Shown: one piece after another, positions 58,628 to 64,000 of the stretch | Position numbering within the stretch: the stretch's first letter is position 1 | Layout: the number at the start of each line of letters is the position of its first letter | Assembly (NCBI GenBank): GCA_016293205.1 | Contig: JAEDES010000003.1 | Span: 5,777-69,776, forward strand | Direction: 5' to 3' | Length of the DNA stretch: 64,000 nt | Source: Bacilli bacterium | GTDB taxonomy: Bacteria > Bacillota_I > Bacilli_A > RF39 > UBA660 | The notes under the pieces: model-generated | Databases searched by the model: none | What the model was told of the DNA's origin: nothing | The model's input: the letters and a program-made list of their open reading frames with translations, nothing else | Position numbers and translations under genes: made by a program

Positions 58628-58642
58628 TTTCTTTGTTATAAT
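58614..58642 (+). promoter_or_regulatory. SigA-type promoter for the 478-aa glycosyltransferase gene (TTCAAA-17-TGtTATAAT)
   Basis: TTCAAAagaatacttttcttTGtTATAAT, 27 nt upstream of the start codon. Confidence 0.5.
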
Positions 58643-58669
58643 TAGTATAGATAATAAACGGGGTGGCTT

Positions 58670-60106
58670 ATGATAAATTTAAGTTTAATTATTTTAAGTA
58701 ATAACAAAGGTGTTTCTATAGAAGATGGCATAGAAATTATTCTTTCTAATGAAGCCAATTTAGTTAATAATATTAAAAATGCTCAAGGTAAATATATTAC
58801 TTTTACTAAAGATAGTGATATGATTGATCCTAGTTATTTAGATGTTGTAAAGAAGAAAGTTCTTGATGATTTTGATTGTTGTTATATTAATCATGTTATT
58901 GATTATGAGTATAAGAATAATCCTAAAATAAATAATAATGTTACTTTTTTAAAGAATAATCTTCCTTATTTAGGAGAGTATATTTGGAGTTTTATATTTA
59001 ATAAAGAAAAACTTATTACTTTGTTAGATTGTGACTTAGATGAATTTAATAAAAAAGTTGATGAAATATTTGAAAATAAAACTGCTATTGGAGAAATATT
59101 AATTCAACATAATCCTAAGGGTGAGAAGATTCTTAATAACTTTATTTATTCTGATATAAAGAAAGAAGTTACTCTAAAAAACGTAATTTATATTGGAAAT
59201 GGATGTAATGGTACATTCAATGGATATATAAGTTGGATTACAAATATTGGTAGATGTTTCGGAGATGAATATGATCTTACTTTTATGTATGATAACATTA
59301 CTCCTCATACTTTAAAGAGATTTGAAGAGAAGTTTACTTGTGTAAAAAGAGAATATGATACTAATTATATCTGTGAAAGAGTCTCTTCTACTTATTCAGA
59401 TTATTACTATCCACATAATATTATTGTTATTGATGAGAATTATTTATTTATCCATGGAAATTGTGCAGAAATTCCTAATAGTATGAAATATAAAGATGAT
59501 ATTTATACTAGGTATATTGCTGTTAGTGATGTTGCTGCTAAGAATGCTATTGGATATTATCCTTCTAAACAAATTGGATATATATTTAATCCATTTAAAT
59601 TAGATGAGAATATGGTTAAGCCTCACTTAAAGATTGTTTCTGCGCAAAGATTTAGTAAGACTAAAAGGCCTGATAGAATCGAAGTTGTTGCGAAAGCATT
59701 AGATGAATTAGAAATTCCTTATACATGGAATGTATTTATGGATAAATATGAAGGTACAAATAAGAATGGATTAATTTATAGAAAAAGAGTTATGAATACT
59801 CTTCCTTATATAAAAGATGCTGATTATTTTGCAATATTTAGTGATAGTGAATCATATTCATATGTTGCAGTTGAGGCATTATCAGTTAATACAAAAATCC
59901 TTTCTACTCCTTTACCTGTATTTGATAAGATTGGTGTTAAAGAAGGAGAGAATGCTGTATTTATACCATTTGAATGTTTTGAAGAAGAAAATAAAGATAA
60001 ATTAAAAGAAATATTACTTAAAGCATATAAGGAAAAAGAAAAGAAATTTGAATATAGGTTTAATGAAAAATTAAGTGCTGGATTCCATACAATATTTTTA
60101 AAGTAA
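58670..60106 (+). CDS. Two-domain glycosyltransferase (degenerate GT2-like N-terminus, GT1/GT4-like C-terminus)
   Basis: 478 aa. The N-terminus LSLIILSNNKG...GKYITFTKDSD resembles GT2 openings. The C-terminal block DSESYSYVAVEALSVNTKIL resembles the GT4 EX7E region. GGGGTGG RBS present. Confidence 0.55.
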   Translation: MINLSLIILSNNKGVSIEDGIEIILSNEANLVNNIKNAQGKYITFTKDSDMIDPSYLDVVKKKVLDDFDCCYINHVIDYEYKNNPKINNNVTFLKNNLPYLGEYIWSFIFNKEKLITLLDCDLDEFNKKVDEIFENKTAIGEILIQHNPKGEKILNNFIYSDIKKEVTLKNVIYIGNGCNGTFNGYISWITNIGRCFGDEYDLTFMYDNITPHTLKRFEEKFTCVKREYDTNYICERVSSTYSDYYYPHNIIVIDENYLFIHGNCAEIPNSMKYKDDIYTRYIAVSDVAAKNAIGYYPSKQIGYIFNPFKLDENMVKPHLKIVSAQRFSKTKRPDRIEVVAKALDELEIPYTWNVFMDKYEGTNKNGLIYRKRVMNTLPYIKDADYFAIFSDSESYSYVAVEALSVNTKILSTPLPVFDKIGVKEGENAVFIPFECFEEENKDKLKEILLKAYKEKEKKFEYRFNEKLSAGFHTIFLK

Positions 60107-60132
60107 AAAAGAAGATAATATCTTCTTTTTTT
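60105..60132. terminator. Bidirectional terminator between the glycosyltransferase and the cotH-like gene
   Basis: AAGAAGA-taata-TCTTCTT, flanked by A6 and T7 runs. Confidence 0.7.
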
Positions 60133-61387
60133 ATGCATTTACTTTGTTAGTTTTAAAATTCATTATTTTATCAACATATGGTAGACGATTATGAATATAT
60201 TCTTTTAATTGAGTTACTTCATATCCATTTAATTCTCCCCATTTTTGTTGTTCTTTTTCAAATAGTGATGGATCAATTTGATAATAGAACTTATCTATTT
60301 CATTTATAATATTTTCTTCTGATAAAACAGTCTGTCTTAATTCTTGATATCTTTGTTCTATTTCTTTTTTAAATAAAATACTTAGTCTTTCAAATAATTT
60401 ATTATGACTTATAGGTAGAGGATAATCTGTTGGATATAGTTCTAATCCATGATAGAAAGATCCAAAAGTCGTATCTAAATCATATAAAGTTGGATACCAT
60501 ATTTTCCCATCATATGTTACAATGATTAAGTTTTTTGCAACATTATCAGCAATATTTAGAGTATGACACATAACATAATAATTTAGAGTTGCATCTAAAT
60601 TTAAATATTCTTCAAAATCTTCTTTAAATTCTTGATCAGTAGAATTCATTACAAAGTTTATTAATCTTAACATTTTTTGTTGAACAGGTGGAGAATTATC
60701 ATCTAATTGATTATTCCATCCGTCAAGACTTAATTCTCTAAATGATGTTGCTTGGGAGAACTTTTCTCCTACCATAATAATGTGGTTTGGATTATCTTTA
60801 TCCATTCCATATAACCAATCATCTTTTGGTATATTTAGCGTATATAATCCATAAAATTCATTATTTAAATATACTTCTACTGGATATCCATCAATTAATC
60901 CATTATTTGGTGTATTTTGAAATAAATTATATTTTTCTTGCATTTGAGCAGCTAGATGGGCAGTTACAATGTTTCTTGAATGAGTTTTGTCTGACCAGTT
61001 AGCTTTTAATACATATTTATTTTCTCTTCCCCATCCAAAATCAACTTTGAATTTATCAGTACAATCTTCATCATTAAAAAATTTAATTGTATAGTTTTTC
61101 TTTGGATACCAGGCACTTGATGAACCTTGTATTTTTAAAGTTGCATATTTATCTATACTAATATTTTTACTTTTATATTTTACTTTAAACTTACCTATTT
61201 CAGTTTTATCTTTCATAGTTAGTTCACCTTCAATATATATTTTAGGTGTTTCTTCTTTTATTGGTTCTGGTATTTCTCTATATTCTATTTGTTTATATTC
61301 TATGTTAATAGCATATGTTATTAAACATATTGATAGTGCTGTAGCGATTAATATAAATATCGCTACTCTTATATATTTAAATTTCAT
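60131..61387 (-). CDS. cotH: CotH-family (spore coat protein H-like kinase fold) protein with N-terminal membrane anchor
   Basis: CotH-like blocks are KYVLKANWSDKTHSRN and DNVAKNLIIVTYDGKIWYPTLYDLDTTFG. The TM helix is YIRVAIFILIATALSICLI. The ATG at 61387 with a GGAGAG RBS is preferred over the TTG at 61402. Confidence 0.7.
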   Translation of the reverse strand: MKFKYIRVAIFILIATALSICLITYAINIEYKQIEYREIPEPIKEETPKIYIEGELTMKDKTEIGKFKVKYKSKNISIDKYATLKIQGSSSAWYPKKNYTIKFFNDEDCTDKFKVDFGWGRENKYVLKANWSDKTHSRNIVTAHLAAQMQEKYNLFQNTPNNGLIDGYPVEVYLNNEFYGLYTLNIPKDDWLYGMDKDNPNHIIMVGEKFSQATSFRELSLDGWNNQLDDNSPPVQQKMLRLINFVMNSTDQEFKEDFEEYLNLDATLNYYVMCHTLNIADNVAKNLIIVTYDGKIWYPTLYDLDTTFGSFYHGLELYPTDYPLPISHNKLFERLSILFKKEIEQRYQELRQTVLSEENIINEIDKFYYQIDPSLFEKEQQKWGELNGYEVTQLKEYIHNRLPYVDKIMNFKTNKVNA

Positions 61388-61436
61388 CGCTTCACTCTCC
61401 AAGTTATTATTCTATTGTATTTTGATATTTTTTTCA

Positions 61437-61459
61437 ATAAAAAAGACACATAGTGTCTT
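61437..61459 (-). terminator. Rho-independent terminator after the M23 peptidase gene
   Basis: AAGACAC-ata-GTGTCTT followed by a T run on the minus strand. Confidence 0.7.
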
Positions 61460-62665
61460 TTATCTATTATTCCAACTAGATGGTAAATTAACAATTGAAT
61501 TTGGGTTAAATATTCTATTTGTATATCCTTCATAAGTACATCCACCATTATTTTTCCAGAAGCATGATGCAACTTCTAAGTGTAAGTGTGGCCCTGTTGA
61601 ACATCCAGTATTACCCATATATCCAATTAGGGTGTCTTTTGTTACAAATTGACCTACTCTTATATTTGCGTAACTGCTTAAGTGAACATAAGATGAATAT
61701 ACGTATCCATTATTGTATTTATGTTTTACTACTACAATTTTGGCATTTCCATTACATCTAATCCCCATATTTGCACACCAACTATTTCCAACGCAGGCAT
61801 CTGTATAAATTGCATGAATTGATCCTGCAGCGATTGGATAAATTGGTTCAGACTTATTATAACTTGATAAATCGTATCCTGTGTGATAGCTAGATTTACC
61901 TCTTACAACATATCCTTGTCTCATTGGTCTTGAGAAGAATCCTACACTTGGTAATGAATTACCACTTGATTGTTCTATTCTATATTGACATGCTTGAATA
62001 TCTTCTGTTGCTCCACAACCTAGACTCTTATAATATTTAACCATTTCTTGTGCTTCTTTAATTTGTGTCTCAATTGATGGAACAGTATCTCTTAAAGATG
62101 CACTGTCAGCTTGAATTCTTTTCTTTTCAAATTCAGCATCATCTTTTAATTTAGTTAATTCTACTTTCTTTTGACTCAATTCTTGTTGTTTCTTTTTATT
62201 ATTTTTAATTAACTCTTCTAGTTCTTTCATTACTTTATCATTATACTCTGTTAGTTGTTCTACTACAGACATACGATAAATCATATCAGTAATATCTTTT
62301 GCTCCAAATGCATATTCAAGATAGGCATTTGTACCATTTGCAATTTGATAATATTCTATAATGCTTTTACTTTCTTCACTTTTTCTTTCTATTTCTTTTT
62401 CACTTTCATCAATTTCTTTTTGTAATCTTTCAATTTCATTTTGAGCATCTACCATTTGTTGTTCTAAGTTAGCTATCTTCTTTTTGATTGCTGCTATATC
62501 AGCATCATTTTTGGCCATTTTACTTTTTACTTCATTTAATTCTGCTGTATACTTATTTACTTCTGCTTCAAATTGTTTTATTGTTTTAGCACTTGTCTCT
62601 ATTGGTAGTGATATTAGAGATATTATTGTTACTAAAGCAATTGTTAATATTATTATTTTCTTCAT
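61460..62665 (-). CDS. M23-family peptidoglycan metalloendopeptidase with N-terminal coiled coil (EnvC/FtsEX-partner-like)
   Basis: 401 aa with a signal or anchor sequence and a ~200-aa coiled coil. LytM motifs are HTGYDL (HxxxD) and GPHLHLEV (HxH). Its start overlaps the ftsX stop (TAATG). Confidence 0.85.
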   Translation of the reverse strand: MKKIIILTIALVTIISLISLPIETSAKTIKQFEAEVNKYTAELNEVKSKMAKNDADIAAIKKKIANLEQQMVDAQNEIERLQKEIDESEKEIERKSEESKSIIEYYQIANGTNAYLEYAFGAKDITDMIYRMSVVEQLTEYNDKVMKELEELIKNNKKKQQELSQKKVELTKLKDDAEFEKKRIQADSASLRDTVPSIETQIKEAQEMVKYYKSLGCGATEDIQACQYRIEQSSGNSLPSVGFFSRPMRQGYVVRGKSSYHTGYDLSSYNKSEPIYPIAAGSIHAIYTDACVGNSWCANMGIRCNGNAKIVVVKHKYNNGYVYSSYVHLSSYANIRVGQFVTKDTLIGYMGNTGCSTGPHLHLEVASCFWKNNGGCTYEGYTNRIFNPNSIVNLPSSWNNR

Positions 62666-63564
62666 TAGATTTTTAAATATTTCTTAACAGCACTAGCACT
62701 ACCTACTGTACCAACAATTATTCCTATTACTAAAATAATTAATGAAGTTGAGTAAATAAATGGTTCTGGTTTAATTAATTGAATTAATTGTGAGAATAAA
62801 TATCCATTAAAGTGAGTATAGAAAGCAGTATATCCAAATAATGTAATTAGTATTGGAACTACTGAACCTAAAGCTCCAAGAATCATTCCTTCTACGATAA
62901 ATGGGGTTTTAATAGTAAAGTTACTTGCTCCTACTAAACGCATAATACTAATTTCTCTTTTTCTTGCAGAAATTGTTAATTTGATTGTATTAACAATTAA
63001 GAATATTGTTACTAAGATTAGGGCAATTACGATACCATAGGTTACTTTTTGAATTGAATCAAAAGCACTTACTAGTTTTTCAACCATTCCTTCTCCATAA
63101 CGAACCACTGATACATTTTCAATTTCTTTTATTTGATCAGCAGTTTTACCTATTTTAGTTACATCTTTTACTTTTACTTGATAAGTATCTTTTAATGGGC
63201 TTTCATCATCTTCCCAGTTAGATAATACTGTATTAAATACTTCTGATTCTTGTTGCATTTGTTTTTTTACATCTTGTTTTGATTGAAATGAATATGTATC
63301 AACATTATCCATTTGTTTAATTTCTGTTTCTACATCTTTTATATCAGATGATGTTGCTTCTTGTTCTAAGAATACAACTATTGTTAAATCTTTTTCTATT
63401 TCCTTAGTAAAATTTTGAACATTGAATGAAGCTATTATTGCTACTGCTACTATTATCAATGTAATTGTAATACATGAAATAGATGCTAAAGATAAACTGA
63501 AGTTTCTTATTACACTTTTAAAAGCATCACGTATACTACGTGCTAACATTCTAATCGGCTTCAT
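62665..63564 (-). CDS. ftsX: Cell-division ABC transporter permease FtsX
   Basis: Four TM helices with a large extracytoplasmic loop. The start [15 protein letters not shown] (63564) is preferred over the track start 63597. It lies downstream of ftsE. Confidence 0.88.
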   Translation of the reverse strand: MKPIRMLARSIRDAFKSVIRNFSLSLASISCITITLIIVAVAIIASFNVQNFTKEIEKDLTIVVFLEQEATSSDIKDVETEIKQMDNVDTYSFQSKQDVKKQMQQESEVFNTVLSNWEDDESPLKDTYQVKVKDVTKIGKTADQIKEIENVSVVRYGEGMVEKLVSAFDSIQKVTYGIVIALILVTIFLIVNTIKLTISARKREISIMRLVGASNFTIKTPFIVEGMILGALGSVVPILITLFGYTAFYTHFNGYLFSQLIQLIKPEPFIYSTSLIILVIGIIVGTVGSASAVKKYLKI

Positions 63565-64000
63565 TGTAATATGTTCCTTTCTTTTTAAATGATACAAGTC
63601 TTCCTTCTTTTAAAGTAATAACTTGTTTTTTCATTGTATTAACTATATCTCTATCATGTGTTGCCATAATAATTGTTGTACCACGATTATTATTAATATC
63701 TTCTAGTACTTTCATTATTTCCATACTCATGTCTGGATCTAAGTTTCCAGTAGGTTCATCACATAATAGTAGTTTTGGATCATTTACAATAGCACGTGCA
63801 ATTGCTACTCTTTGTTGTTCTCCTCCAGATAGTTGATCTGGGTAATTATGAATTTTATTTTTTAATCCTACATCTTCTAAAGCTTTTAATACTTTAACTC
63901 TTATTTCATCTTTTTTAGCACCAATTACTTCTAGTGCGAAAGCAACATTTTCATATACCGTTAATTTCGGCAATAATCTATAATCTTGGAATACTATTCC
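63551..64000 (-). CDS. ftsE: Cell-division ABC transporter ATP-binding protein FtsE (5' end outside window)
   Basis: The reading frame is open to the window edge ([21 protein letters not shown]...). It has signature [14 protein letters not shown] and Walker [13 protein letters not shown]. Confidence 0.9.
   Translation of the reverse strand, partial: GIVFQDYRLLPKLTVYENVAFALEVIGAKKDEIRVKVLKALEDVGLKNKIHNYPDQLSGGEQQRVAIARAIVNDPKLLLCDEPTGNLDPDMSMEIMKVLEDINNNRGTTIIMATHDRDIVNTMKKQVITLKEGRLVSFKKKGTYYNEAD

Noticed and set aside
59824-60138. 104-aa minus-strand ORF, together with the 61384..61572 minus-strand ORF
   Set aside because: They overlap the glycosyltransferase (antisense) and the cotH/M23 spacer-terminator region respectively. 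They are not supported by start signals.
1-64000. CRISPR arrays, tRNA/rRNA genes, IS elements with terminal inverted repeats, long tandem repeats
   Set aside because: Intergenic regions are all 232 nt or shorter. None shows repeat-spacer periodicity, cloverleaf-like GC-rich segments or transposase ORFs, so nothing could be supported by eye.

Overview
Very AT-rich chromosomal segment from a low-GC, endospore-forming Bacillota (Firmicutes) genome, possibly Erysipelotrichia- or Clostridia-like. That placement is inferred from spo0A, SpoIID-like and CotH-like genes plus the overall gene content. Almost all genes are on the minus strand.

The core of the window (about 15.6-35.5 kb) is the conserved ribosomal super-operon: S10-spc-alpha, rpsJ through rplQ, with secY, adk, map, infA and rpoA. 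It is followed by degenerate EcfA-like genes, truA and rplM-rpsI. The right half carries housekeeping genes: a Y-family polymerase, gpmI, spo0A, tpiA, pgk, gap, clpP, whiA, yvcK, lgt, uvrA, uvrB and ftsEX with an M23 peptidase.

The left ~13.5 kb looks accessory:
- a partial ABC ATPase with a small secreted protein
- a stand-alone MobV relaxase next to a 13-codon amidase relic
- corA and htrA
- an Abi_2/HEPN gene
- a PLC-like gene and a leaderless SpoIID-like gene
- a self-contained four-gene EssC/YukD type VII-like operon lacking the other canonical T7SSb core genes

The candidates most worth follow-up are:
1. the minimal EssC-YukD-two-small-protein operon
2. a three-gene insertion between uvrB and uvrA (degenerate PgeF/YfiH-like, radical SAM/SPASM, compositionally atypical 328-aa orphan)
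3. a paralogous pair of Ser/Thr/Ala-rich small proteins flanking a membrane protein, wedged into the truA-rplM junction
4. spo0A embedded in a disrupted glycolytic cluster

No rRNA, tRNA or CRISPR array was seen. All calls come from reading the sequence and ORF track by eye; no searches were run.
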